From positions 192,001 through 256,000 of the forward strand of contig OZ255842.1 in assembly GCA_965277805.1 (NCBI GenBank): 64,000 nucleotides of DNA. The letters are read 5' to 3'. Each line of letters begins with the position of its first letter. Within the stretch, counting starts at the first letter, position 1. Of the stretch, positions 9,999-19,188 are shown one piece after another. Source of the stretch: Candidatus Lustribacter sp. GTDB taxonomy: Bacteria; Vulcanimicrobiota; Vulcanimicrobiia; Vulcanimicrobiales; Vulcanimicrobiaceae. The position numbers were made by a program, and so were the translations under genes. The notes below the pieces were generated by a model. The model did no database searches and was not told the DNA's origin. It saw nothing but the letters and a program-made list of their open reading frames with translations.

Positions 9999-10709
9999 GT
10001 GCGCGTGCATCCGCTGCCGCAGGCGCACGTCGCCGACTTGGAGGCGATTCCGGTGCGCCTCCTCAACGCCGCGCTGCATCAGCAGAGCGTGCTGCCGGCG
10101 ATCGAGCGCTGGCGTATCGTGAAGCCGATGGGAAGACATGCGATTGCTTGCGGTCTCGATGCCGACATCGACGTCGAAATTGAGGGGCACGTCGGCTATT
10201 ACTGCGCCGGGATGAACAAGCGCGCGACCGTTCGTATCAACGGAAACGCCGGCGTGGGTCTGGCCGAGAACATGATGTCGGGTCAGGTCACCGTTCGCGG
10301 AGATGCAAGCCAGTCGGCCGGTGCAAGCGGACATGGCGGTCTTCTAATCGTCGGCGGAAACGCCAGCGCGCGATGCGGAATTTCGATGAAGGGCATCGAC
10401 ATCGTCGTTGGAGGTAACGTCGGCCACATGAGTGCCTTCATGGCCCAAGCCGGAAATCTCGTGGTTCTCGGTGACGCGGGCGAGGCGCTCGGCGACTCGA
10501 TCTACGAAGCCCGCATCTTCGTGCGCGGAGCGGTGAAGAGTTTGGGGGCTGATTGCATCGAGAAACCGATGACCGCGCAGCACCTCATGGCCTTGGGCGA
10601 ATTGCTCGAACGCAGCGGTTACGGCAACATCGAGCCCGCGGCATTTCGCCGCTTCGGTTCCGCGCGCCGGCTCTATAACTTCCATGTCGAGAATGTGGGG
10701 GCATACTGA
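9999..10709 (+). CDS. mgsB: N-methylglutamate synthase subunit B (GXGXG domain, GlxC)
   Basis: GYYCAGMN, AENMMSG, RCGISMKG, GHMSAFMAQAG, LGDSIYE. Confidence 0.9.
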   Translation: MRVHPLPQAHVADLEAIPVRLLNAALHQQSVLPAIERWRIVKPMGRHAIACGLDADIDVEIEGHVGYYCAGMNKRATVRINGNAGVGLAENMMSGQVTVRGDASQSAGASGHGGLLIVGGNASARCGISMKGIDIVVGGNVGHMSAFMAQAGNLVVLGDAGEALGDSIYEARIFVRGAVKSLGADCIEKPMTAQHLMALGELLERSGYGNIEPAAFRRFGSARRLYNFHVENVGAY

Positions 10710-12037
10710 TGATCGAGCGGTCGCGCTGGATTCACACCGAACCCATCGAGTCGGCCACCTTTAGCGCCGCCGCGCTGGCGGAGATCCGCCGCGCAGCGGC
10801 AACCGGCATTTACGACATCCGTGGCGGGGGCGCCAAGCGTCCGGTGCCGCACTTCGACGATCTGCTCTTCCTAGGGGCGAGCGTTTCGCGATATCCGTTG
10901 GAAGGCTATCGTGAGCGTTGCGGCACCGATGTGACGCTCGGCGCCCGCTTCGCAAAGAACCCGATTCATCTCAAGATTCCGATTACGATCGCCGGCATGA
11001 GTTTTGGCGCGCTCTCATTGCAGGCGAAAGAGGCACTCGGCCGCGGCGCCACGGCGGCGGGAACCAGCACGACGACGGGCGACGGCGGAATGACGGCAGA
11101 AGAACGCGAGCATTCGCAGACGCTCGTTTATCAGGTGCTGCCGTCGCGGTACGGCCTGAACCCGGACGACCTGCGCAGAGCCGATGCGATCGAAGTCGTC
11201 ATTGGCCAAGGCGCGAAGCCGGGCGGCGGCGGGATGCTTTTGGGCCAGAAAGTGACCGAGCGTGTCGCCGCGATGCGGACGCTGCCGGCCGGAATCGATC
11301 AGCGATCGGCATCGAGACACCCCGACTGGACCGGTCCCGATGATTTGGAAATCAAAATCATCGAACTGCGCGAGATCACGGATTGGGAAAAGCCGATCTT
11401 CGTCAAGATCGGAGCGAGCCGTCCGTACTACGATACCTCGCTTGCGGTAAAGTCCGGTGCCGACGTGATCGTGATCGATGGTATGCAAGGCGGCACGGCA
11501 GCAACGCAAAACGCGTTTATCGAAAACGTCGGTATTCCGACCTTAGCCGCGATTCGGCCGGCGGTCCAAGCGCTACAAGAACTCGGGCTTCATCGGAAGG
11601 TGCAGTTGATCGTATCCGGCGGTATCCGAACGGGCGCAGATGTTGCGAAAGCGCTTGCACTTGGTGCCGATGCGGTTTCGATCGGTACCGCAGCGCTCGT
11701 TGCGCTCGGTGAAAACGATCCGGCATATGAAGAAGAATACCGTGCGCTCGGCACGACGGCAGCGGCCTACGACGACTGGCATGAGGGTCTCGACCCGGCC
11801 GGCATTACGACGCAACGGCCCGAGCTCGCGCAACGGCTCGATCCCGTCCTCGCAGGCCGGCGCCTCGCGAATTATCTGGGCGTCCTTACCCTTGAAACGC
11901 AAGCGATCGCCCGTGCCTGCGGAAAGTCGCACGTTCACAATCTGGAACCGGAAGATCTTGTCGCGCTAACGATCGAGGCGGCGGCGATGGCGCGCGTTCC
12001 GTTGGCCGGCACTGATTGGATTCCGGGTCGAATCTAA
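10709..12037 (+). CDS. mgsC: N-methylglutamate synthase subunit C (FMN-binding glutamate synthase family, GlxD)
   Basis: AGMSFGALS, GQGAKPGGGG, RHPDWTGPDDL, DGMQGGT, SGGIRTGADV. Confidence 0.92.
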   Translation: MIERSRWIHTEPIESATFSAAALAEIRRAAATGIYDIRGGGAKRPVPHFDDLLFLGASVSRYPLEGYRERCGTDVTLGARFAKNPIHLKIPITIAGMSFGALSLQAKEALGRGATAAGTSTTTGDGGMTAEEREHSQTLVYQVLPSRYGLNPDDLRRADAIEVVIGQGAKPGGGGMLLGQKVTERVAAMRTLPAGIDQRSASRHPDWTGPDDLEIKIIELREITDWEKPIFVKIGASRPYYDTSLAVKSGADVIVIDGMQGGTAATQNAFIENVGIPTLAAIRPAVQALQELGLHRKVQLIVSGGIRTGADVAKALALGADAVSIGTAALVALGENDPAYEEEYRALGTTAAAYDDWHEGLDPAGITTQRPELAQRLDPVLAGRRLANYLGVLTLETQAIARACGKSHVHNLEPEDLVALTIEAAAMARVPLAGTDWIPGRI

Positions 12038-12039
12038 GA

Positions 12040-13341
12040 ATGGATCTTGAAGCCAAGGCCGTCGAGCTCGGCATCGACTACTTTCTGATTTGCTTCGCGG
12101 ACCTGGCCGGGACACCACGCTCGAAACTCGTCCCGCGCGAGGCGATCAATGGCATGGCAAAGACCGGCGCAGGCTTTGCCGGGTTTGCAACGTGGCTCGA
12201 CATGACGCCGGCGGACCCCGATCTCTTCGCCATCCCCGATCCGGAAAGCCTCATTCAGCTCCCGTGGAAGAAAGAGGTCGGGTGGCTTGCGGCCGACCCG
12301 TGGATGAACGGTGCGCCGATCGAGCATGCGCCGCGAAATCTTCTCAAGCGGGTGATTGCGCGCGCCGCCGCCGCCCGGCTTCAAATGAAGACCGGCGTCG
12401 AATGCGAGTACTTTCTCATCGCGCCCTCGGGCGAAGCCATCTCCGACCTCGCCGACGTGCAAGCCAAGCCGTGCTACGATCAGCAAGCGCTCATGCGCCG
12501 TTACGATGTGATTACCGAAATTTGCGACGCAATGCGCACGCTCGGCTGGAAGCCGTATCAGAACGATCACGAAGACGCAAACGGCCAGTTCGAGATGAAC
12601 TGGCTCTACGACGATGCCCTCAAGACGGCCGATCGTCATTTGTTCTTCAAATACATGACGAAGTCGATCGCCGAGAAGCATGCCATGCGTGCGACCTTCA
12701 TGCCGAAACCGTTTACCCATCTGACGGGAAACGGTTGCCACACGCACGTTTCAGTGTGGGACATGGATTCGGCGGCGAACCTCTTCGAGGATCCGGCGGG
12801 CGAACTTGGGCTCTCCGAACTCGCCTATCGCTTCATCGGCGGCGTCATGCATTCGGCCGACGCGTTGTGCGCCATTACGAATGGGACGATCAACTCCTAT
12901 AAGCGCATCAATGCTTCCATCACCCTTTCGGGCGCCACCTGGTCGCCGAACACCATATCCTATTCCGGCAACAATCGCACGCACATGATTCGGATTCCGG
13001 AGCCCGGCCGGTTCGAGTTTCGCCTTCCCGACGGCGCTGCCAACCCGTATCTTTTGCAGGCCGGCATCCTCTCGGCCGGACTAGATGGCATCGAAAATGC
13101 GCGCGATCCCGGCAAGCGCCTCGACATCAACATGTACGTCGACGGGCACCAAGCCGGCGACGTCCGCACGCTGCCGCAGAACTTGCTCGATGCGACGCGC
13201 GCTTTTGAGACATCTGGCGTGCTCAGGTCGATGCTCGGAGACGAGTTCATTACGGCATATGCTCGCCACAAGCACGCTGAATGGCGTGGCTTCCACCAGC
13301 ATCTCACCGAGTGGGAGTGCCGGACCACTCTCGATTGCTGA
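12040..13341 (+). CDS. gmaS: gamma-glutamylmethylamide synthetase (GlnT-like glutamine synthetase family)
   Basis: GAGFAGFATWLDMTP, KPCYDQQALMRRYDVI, YQNDHEDANGQFEMN, TFMPKPF, NNRTHMIR; directly after mgsABC. ATG at 12040. Confidence 0.88.
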   Translation: MDLEAKAVELGIDYFLICFADLAGTPRSKLVPREAINGMAKTGAGFAGFATWLDMTPADPDLFAIPDPESLIQLPWKKEVGWLAADPWMNGAPIEHAPRNLLKRVIARAAAARLQMKTGVECEYFLIAPSGEAISDLADVQAKPCYDQQALMRRYDVITEICDAMRTLGWKPYQNDHEDANGQFEMNWLYDDALKTADRHLFFKYMTKSIAEKHAMRATFMPKPFTHLTGNGCHTHVSVWDMDSAANLFEDPAGELGLSELAYRFIGGVMHSADALCAITNGTINSYKRINASITLSGATWSPNTISYSGNNRTHMIRIPEPGRFEFRLPDGAANPYLLQAGILSAGLDGIENARDPGKRLDINMYVDGHQAGDVRTLPQNLLDATRAFETSGVLRSMLGDEFITAYARHKHAEWRGFHQHLTEWECRTTLDC

Positions 13342-13348
13342 CGCGCCG

Positions 13349-14488
13349 ATGATTTACGACGCGATCGTCGTCGGACTCGGCGGAATGGGCAGCAGCGCGC
13401 TCGCGCATGCCGCCGGCCGCGGAATGCGCGTTCTCGGTCTCGAGCGATTCGGCCGCGTTCACGATCTCGGCTCGTCGGCGGGCCGCTCGCGAATCATTCG
13501 CCAAGCGTATTTTGAAGACGCAGCATACGTACCGCTCGTGCAGCACGCATACGATCGCTGGCGAGAATTGGAACGCGCGACCGGTCTACCGATACTCAAC
13601 CTCACCGGCGTGCTGCTCGTCGGCACGCCGCAACACGATTCGGTCGTCAATGCGCGCGCAAGCGCCATCACGCACGGCTTGCCGTTCGAAGAGTTGGACG
13701 CCGGGGAGATTGCGCGCCGTTATCCCTCCTTTGCCCCCCGCAGCGACGAAATCGGGATTTTCGAGGCCAACGCCGGGTTCGTCATTCCCGAAACGGCCAT
13801 CGAGGGCTATCTGCGCGTCGCACATCAAGCGGGAGCTGAGATGCGGTTCGATACGCCGCTCAAGAAATGGCGTGCGACGTCAAGCGGCACGTTTATCGTC
13901 GAGGCCGGCGACGAATCGATGTACGAAACGCGGCGGCTCGCTCTATGCATGGGAGCATGGTTCGAATCGGTTGCAGCAGAGATCGGTATTCCGATCGTTA
14001 TTGAGCGGCGCGTTCAGCACTGGTTCGCCCAAGCAGATGGCGCGCTCGGACCGGCCCAGGTGCCCACGTTTCTCGTCGACCGCGTCGAGCAGCCGTCGCG
14101 CATGTACGGGTTCCCCAATGTTGGCGACGGAGTCAAAGCAGCGTTTCATGCCATCGGCGAGGCGACGCACGCAGACGACTTGGATCGCATCGTGCACGAG
14201 TCCGATATCGAACCCCTGCGCGTGGCGCTCGAGGCGTGGCTCCCGGGGTCGACGGCACGGTACGCCGGCGGAAAGGTGTGCATGTACAGCCTCACACCGG
14301 ACGAACACTTCGTGCTCGGACGACATCCGCATTATACCGGCGTTGTGCTCGCCGGCGGTTTCTCCGGTCACGGCTTCAAATTCGCCTCTGCGATCGGTGA
14401 CGTGATCGCCGATTTGCTCGCTGACGGAGTGACGGGTCGCGACATCGCCTTTCTGTCGCCCGAGCGGTTTACGCCGCAACCTTGCTGA
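13349..14488 (+). CDS. solA: monomeric sarcosine oxidase / N-methyltryptophan oxidase family flavoprotein
   Basis: GLGGMGS dinucleotide motif, GSSAGRSRIIR, covalent-FAD Cys motif VCMYSLTPDEHF, GFSGHGFKF. ATG 7 nt after the gmaS stop. Confidence 0.85.
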   Translation: MIYDAIVVGLGGMGSSALAHAAGRGMRVLGLERFGRVHDLGSSAGRSRIIRQAYFEDAAYVPLVQHAYDRWRELERATGLPILNLTGVLLVGTPQHDSVVNARASAITHGLPFEELDAGEIARRYPSFAPRSDEIGIFEANAGFVIPETAIEGYLRVAHQAGAEMRFDTPLKKWRATSSGTFIVEAGDESMYETRRLALCMGAWFESVAAEIGIPIVIERRVQHWFAQADGALGPAQVPTFLVDRVEQPSRMYGFPNVGDGVKAAFHAIGEATHADDLDRIVHESDIEPLRVALEAWLPGSTARYAGGKVCMYSLTPDEHFVLGRHPHYTGVVLAGGFSGHGFKFASAIGDVIADLLADGVTGRDIAFLSPERFTPQPC

Positions 14489-14945
14489 TCGACACTTCGA
14501 GGAGTGCGTTGAGCGCGGCGAGCGTTTCATGGCCGAGCAACGTGGCCATCTGCGTCTCGGCGCTTTGCCAGAGCGGGGCGGCAGCGAGATATTTCTTGCG
14601 ACCGCTCGGGGTGATCGCCACGGCCCGCACGCGCCGGTCGCGCGGATCGCGGGCGTCTTTGACCCAGCCTTCGGCGACGAGCGGTTTGAGGTTGCGCGTG
14701 AGGGTCGTCGGGTCCATGCCGCGCGCGTGGGCGAGCGTGCCGATCGCGATTCCGCCGCTTTCGCCCGGCCCGGCCGTCGCCAGATAGGCGAGCAGGCCGA
14801 ACTGGCCGATCGTGAGGCCCGCCGGTTCGAGCGCCTGGTCGTAGAGCTGCGTGACGTGCCGGCCGGCTCGCCGGATGCGTGAACACGTGCAATTACGGAG
14901 TTCACGAGTCGACGGTTTTTCAACGTCGGTAGCGGTTTTCGGCAT
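14469..14945 (-). CDS. MarR-family transcriptional regulator
   Basis: CTCSRIRRAGRHVTQLYD...MDPTTLTRNLKPL...DRRVRAV; divergent from the MATE gene. Start could also be 14966. Confidence 0.88.
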   Translation of the reverse strand: MPKTATDVEKPSTRELRNCTCSRIRRAGRHVTQLYDQALEPAGLTIGQFGLLAYLATAGPGESGGIAIGTLAHARGMDPTTLTRNLKPLVAEGWVKDARDPRDRRVRAVAITPSGRKKYLAAAPLWQSAETQMATLLGHETLAALNALLEVSISKVAA

Positions 14946-14960
14946 GGTTGACACCCATGA

Positions 14961-14979
14961 TAGCATGCATATACAGCTA
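14961..14979. promoter_or_regulatory. candidate MarR operator
   Basis: TAGCA-TGCATATACA-GCTA, a near-palindrome in the short gap between the divergent marR and MATE genes. Confidence 0.45.
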
Positions 14980-15002
14980 AATCAACCGCCGAAAGACGTG
15001 TT

Positions 15003-16424
15003 ATGCAGGCGACCGCGCCAAATACCCCGCCCGACGCCCCTAACGTCCGGCAACTCGCCCACGCCGGCGACGCCAAGACCCGCATGCGCCATGCGATGGA
15101 GCACGGGCCGATCGTTGCGACGATGTTCCGGCTCGCGTTGCCGACGGTCTCCGTGCTCGTTATCCAAACGCTCGTCTCCGTCGCCGAGACGTTTTACGTC
15201 AGCTTTCTCGGCACGACGGCGATCGCGGGCGTCTCGCTCGTGTTCCCGGTCGTCATGCTGATGACGATGATGTCCAACGGCGGCATCGGCGCCGGCGTGT
15301 CGTCTGCGGTCGCGCGTGAAATCGGCGCCGGGCGGCAGAAGGCCGCCGACGCGCTGCTGCTGCACGCGATCGTTCTGGCCGTGGTCTTGGGGTTATTGTT
15401 CACGGCCGGAGCGCTCGTGCTCGGGCCGGATCTCTACCGCAGCCTCGGCGGTCACGGTCCCATTCTCACGGCGGCGCTCACCTACTCGGGCTTTCTGTTC
15501 GTCGGTGCGGTTCCGATTTGGCTCGTCAACCTCATCGCCTCTGCATTGCGCGGTGCGGGCGACGTGAAGGTGCCGGCGCTGGTCACGCTTGCGGGCGCGA
15601 TGATCCTGATTCCGTTGTCGCCGGCGTTCATCTTCGGCTTCGGGCCGCTGCCGCGCATGGGCGTGGCGGGCGCGGGCATCGCGGTCTGCACCTATTACGT
15701 CGTTGCGAGCATCGTCTTGGTGGCTTACCTCGCCTCCGGCCGCGCGACGCTGATCTTGCGCATCGCGCCGCTGCAGTGGCGGCTCTTCGGCTTGATCCTC
15801 GGCGTCGGGTTGCTGGCCGCGGTCGGAACGCTGCAGACGAACATTACCGTTGTTCTGTTAACCGGTGCGGCCGGCTCGTTCGGAACGGCGGCGCTGGCCG
15901 GCTACGGGATCGCGTCGCGCTTGGACTATCTCCTCATCCCGCTGATGTTTGGGATTGGCGCGGCCGTGCTGACGATGGTGGGCACGAACGTCGGCGCCGG
16001 AAAGGCCGAGCGCGCGCGCCGTATCGCGTGGGTCGGCGCAGCCGGCGGCTTTCTCTTGACCGGGGCGATCGGCGCCACTGTCGCGCTCTTTCCGCATGCG
16101 TGGCTCGGGCTCTTCACGCACGACGCCGCCGTCGTCGCCACGGGCACGCTGTACTTGCGGATCGTGGCGCCGTTCTACGCGCTCTACGGCGCCGGTTTTA
16201 TCCTGTACTTCGCATGTCAAGGCGCGGGCCGCATCGTGTGGCCGTTCCTGGCGGGAACCGTTCGGCTTTTGGTGAGCGCCGGATTGGGCTGGCTCGCGGT
16301 CATGCACTACACCGCCGGCATCAACACGCTCTTCGCCGCCATCGCCGCCGGCTCGCTGATCTACGGCGCCCTCATCATCGCGTACGTCGCGCTCTCGCCG
16401 CGTTGGGAGCGGGCATTGGTATAG
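15003..16424 (+). CDS. MATE-family efflux transporter
   Basis: Two-fold repeated 6-TM architecture; LRGAGDVKVP, PRMGVAGAGIA, VGTNVGAGKAERA. Confidence 0.9.
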   Translation: MQATAPNTPPDAPNVRQLAHAGDAKTRMRHAMEHGPIVATMFRLALPTVSVLVIQTLVSVAETFYVSFLGTTAIAGVSLVFPVVMLMTMMSNGGIGAGVSSAVAREIGAGRQKAADALLLHAIVLAVVLGLLFTAGALVLGPDLYRSLGGHGPILTAALTYSGFLFVGAVPIWLVNLIASALRGAGDVKVPALVTLAGAMILIPLSPAFIFGFGPLPRMGVAGAGIAVCTYYVVASIVLVAYLASGRATLILRIAPLQWRLFGLILGVGLLAAVGTLQTNITVVLLTGAAGSFGTAALAGYGIASRLDYLLIPLMFGIGAAVLTMVGTNVGAGKAERARRIAWVGAAGGFLLTGAIGATVALFPHAWLGLFTHDAAVVATGTLYLRIVAPFYALYGAGFILYFACQGAGRIVWPFLAGTVRLLVSAGLGWLAVMHYTAGINTLFAAIAAGSLIYGALIIAYVALSPRWERALV

Positions 16425-16457
16425 GACCCCGTTTCTCGCGGCGCGTACTTCCCGGGC

Positions 16458-17486
16458 ATGAAGGCCATCGCGTTTCTCCTCGCGTTGCTGCTCTTGCCGA
16501 TGTCGAGCGCTGCGCAGACCGGAACGCCGGCGCCGTCGACGACGCTGAAGGTCCTCATCAGTCCGGGTCTCATCTTTCTGTTGCCGCTCGAGGCCGGCAT
16601 CGAGCGCGGCGTGTTTGCGCAGCAGGGCATCACCGTCGTACCGGTGATCCACAGCGGCTCGAGCCAATCGATCATCCCGTCGCTAGCTCGCGGCGATGTC
16701 GACGTCGCCGCGATCTCGCCGAGCCCGGCCTTTTTCAACCAGTTCTCGGAGGGCTTCGACGCGAAGCTCGTTGCATCGACGATTGCCAGTCATAAGGGCT
16801 GGAATCCGACGATGTGGCTCGTCGTGAAGCAAACCGATTGGGATAACCGGACGATTCGCAACCCGCGCGATCTGCGCGGCAAGCACATCGACGGCATGTC
16901 GGCCGGCAGCGAAGGCTGGTATCTGGCGCGGCACGTGATGACGAACGCCGCGCTGCAGCCTTCGGACATGACGTTCACGTCGCGCTTCTCGACCGCGGCC
17001 GATTGGGTGATGTCGCTGCGCAACGTCAACGACGTGCAGGCGGCATTCGAGCCGACCGTCACGCAACTCGAGCAGCTGCATCTCGGCCACCGCTGGATCT
17101 CGATTGCCGACCTCGATCCGCAGTACACGGAGAGCTTCTTGGGCGTCTCGGCCGCGACGCTCAAAGCGCGGCCCGACGTCATCCGGCGTTTTTTGATCGG
17201 CTACATCAACGCCTGCAAGTACGTGCTGAGCAGCAATGGCAAGTGGACGCCCGAACTCGTGCGCATTTTTTCCAAGTGGTCGGGGCTGACGCCGGACGTC
17301 GTCGCGGCGATTCCGACGCCGCCGTATACCGGCGCGTTCGGACGAATCAACACGGCCGATCTCGAACAGATTCAGCGCTTTTGGCATACGATGGGTCTGG
17401 TCCCGACCGAGCAGAGCATCGATACGCTCGTCGATACGAGCCTCATCATGCAAGCGCAGAAGGGCGCGGGCGTTGTCCCACATTAG
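16458..17486 (+). CDS. SsuA/THI5(NMT1)-like ABC substrate-binding protein
   Basis: Sec signal peptide; GIERGVFAQQGI, DLRGKHI, RPDVIRRFLIGY. Confidence 0.8.
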   Translation: MKAIAFLLALLLLPMSSAAQTGTPAPSTTLKVLISPGLIFLLPLEAGIERGVFAQQGITVVPVIHSGSSQSIIPSLARGDVDVAAISPSPAFFNQFSEGFDAKLVASTIASHKGWNPTMWLVVKQTDWDNRTIRNPRDLRGKHIDGMSAGSEGWYLARHVMTNAALQPSDMTFTSRFSTAADWVMSLRNVNDVQAAFEPTVTQLEQLHLGHRWISIADLDPQYTESFLGVSAATLKARPDVIRRFLIGYINACKYVLSSNGKWTPELVRIFSKWSGLTPDVVAAIPTPPYTGAFGRINTADLEQIQRFWHTMGLVPTEQSIDTLVDTSLIMQAQKGAGVVPH

Positions 17487-18366
17487 TCACCGCGACGACG
17501 TCCCGTTTCCGCCCGACTCAAACCCGAACGCCCCCAATTTCAGCGTTCCGGGCGGAAGCTGGGATACGCACTTCCATCTCTACGGACCGCCGAACCATTT
17601 TCCGTATGCCGACACGCGCCTGTTCACGCCGCCCGCGGCGCCGTTCGAACACTGGCAGCGCATCTCGGCCGCGATCGGGATCGCGCGCGGGGTCGCCGTC
17701 ACGCCGGGCATTCACGGCTACAACAACGACGTGACGCTCGACGCGGTCGAACGTTCTGAAGGCCGCGTGCGCGGCGTGATCCGCGCGAACGCCGCGCTCA
17801 CGGCGCAAGACATCGCCGCACTGCACAAGCGCGGCGTGCGCGGCGTGCGCTTCACGTTTGCCGAACATCTCGGGCAGAAATTCGACGTGCAGCTCTTGCA
17901 GACGGCCCTCGCGCGCATCGAGCCTTGCGGATGGGTCATGCAATTTCTCATCGATGGGGACGCGATCGAGCGGCACGCCGATGTGGTCGCCGGCTTGCCG
18001 TTGCCGGTCGTGCTCGACAGCTTTGCCGGGATCACGGCGGGACGCGGGCTCGATCAGCCTGCCGTGCGCGCGCTCTTCGATCTGCTCGCCCGCCCCAACA
18101 TCTACGTGAAGCTGATGTGCGCGGATCGCGAACTCGATGCCGGCGAACGCTACGAGAATATCGTCGGGCTCGCGCAAGCGATTATCGCCCGGGCGCCGGA
18201 TCGCGTCATGTGGGGGTCCGACTGGCCGCACTCCTACCTCTACGAGGCCAATCGCGTTCCGAACGACGGCGATCTGCTGAGCATGCTCTCGGACTTTGCG
18301 CCCGACGAGGCGGTGCGGAAAAAGATTCTCGTCGACAACCCGGTGCGCGTGTTCGACTTCGATTAA
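17473..18366 (+). CDS. amidohydrolase_2 family, LigI (2-pyrone-4,6-dicarboxylate lactonase)-like
   Basis: WDTHFHLYG, GVRGVRF, WGSDWPH, ILVDNP. Confidence 0.8.
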   Translation: MSHISHRDDVPFPPDSNPNAPNFSVPGGSWDTHFHLYGPPNHFPYADTRLFTPPAAPFEHWQRISAAIGIARGVAVTPGIHGYNNDVTLDAVERSEGRVRGVIRANAALTAQDIAALHKRGVRGVRFTFAEHLGQKFDVQLLQTALARIEPCGWVMQFLIDGDAIERHADVVAGLPLPVVLDSFAGITAGRGLDQPAVRALFDLLARPNIYVKLMCADRELDAGERYENIVGLAQAIIARAPDRVMWGSDWPHSYLYEANRVPNDGDLLSMLSDFAPDEAVRKKILVDNPVRVFDFD

Positions 18367-18410
18367 CGTCGCCGGTGCTTTTTTGCCGTAGCAAGCTGCC
18401 GGTTTTCGGC

Positions 18411-18439
18411 TTGACGCACGCGCATGCCGGAAGTAACCT
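18411..18439 (+). promoter_or_regulatory. sigma70-type promoter, probably leaderless transcript
   Basis: TTGACG (18411-18416) - 17 nt - TAACCT (18434-18439), 8 nt before ATG 18448; no Shine-Dalgarno. Confidence 0.55.
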
Positions 18440-18447
18440 GCTCGCAC

Positions 18448-19149
18448 ATGACGAGTACGAACGGTCCCAATAAACCACTCATCGTTTTTGACGTTAACGA
18501 AACCTTGCTCGATCTCGATACGATGAAGCCGATCTTCCAGCGGCTCTTCGGTGACGAGAACGGGATGCGATGGTGGTTCGATAATCTGATCATGTATTCA
18601 GAAGCGCTCACGCTCGCGAATTCGTACGTTCCGTTCACCGAGATCGGCGGCGCGGTGCTTCAAATGCTCGCCAAGGCACAAGGGAAGACCATCAGTGACG
18701 CGGACAAACGTGAGCTGACCGACAACTTCGCGTCGATGCCGCCGCACCCGGAGGTTCCGGATGCGCTCGCGCGTTTACGTGCGGCCGGCTTTCGACTCTT
18801 CACGTTGACCGACAACCTGCTCGAAATCCAAGGCCGGCAACTCGAGCACGGCGGCATCATCGGGCTCTTTGAACGCCGTTTCAGCGTCGATCAGGAAGTT
18901 CGCCGGCATAAGCCGGCGCCCGAAGCCTACGCCTATGTCGAACGGCAACTCGCTGTACATCCGCCGGATCTCATGCTGATCGCCGCTCACACCTGGGACA
19001 CGATCGGCGCGCTGGGCGCGGGTTGGCATGCGGCGCTCATCAAGCGCCCGCCGAACGAGGTGCTCGGCGTTGGTCCGCAGCCGGAAATCACCGGCACCGA
19101 TTTGCGCGACGTTGCCGATCAGATCATCGCACATTACCCCGCCACGTAG
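18448..19149 (+). CDS. haloacid dehalogenase type II (HAD superfamily)
   Basis: IVFDVNETLLD motif I, HKPAPEAY, IAAHTWDTIGA. Confidence 0.88.
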   Translation: MTSTNGPNKPLIVFDVNETLLDLDTMKPIFQRLFGDENGMRWWFDNLIMYSEALTLANSYVPFTEIGGAVLQMLAKAQGKTISDADKRELTDNFASMPPHPEVPDALARLRAAGFRLFTLTDNLLEIQGRQLEHGGIIGLFERRFSVDQEVRRHKPAPEAYAYVERQLAVHPPDLMLIAAHTWDTIGALGAGWHAALIKRPPNEVLGVGPQPEITGTDLRDVADQIIAHYPAT

Positions 19150-19188
19150 CGCAGTGGGCTTTGCGCGTCCCGGAGCGAAGGGAGCGCG

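Noticed and set aside
12040-13341. Housekeeping glutamine synthetase glnA
   Set aside because: Sequence signature and position after mgsABC fit GmaS/GlnT. Likewise mgsABC is not a fragmented gltB pseudogene.
18371-18406. Possible intrinsic terminator after the amidohydrolase gene
   Set aside because: The stem is imperfect and the T-tract short, so it is too weak to call.
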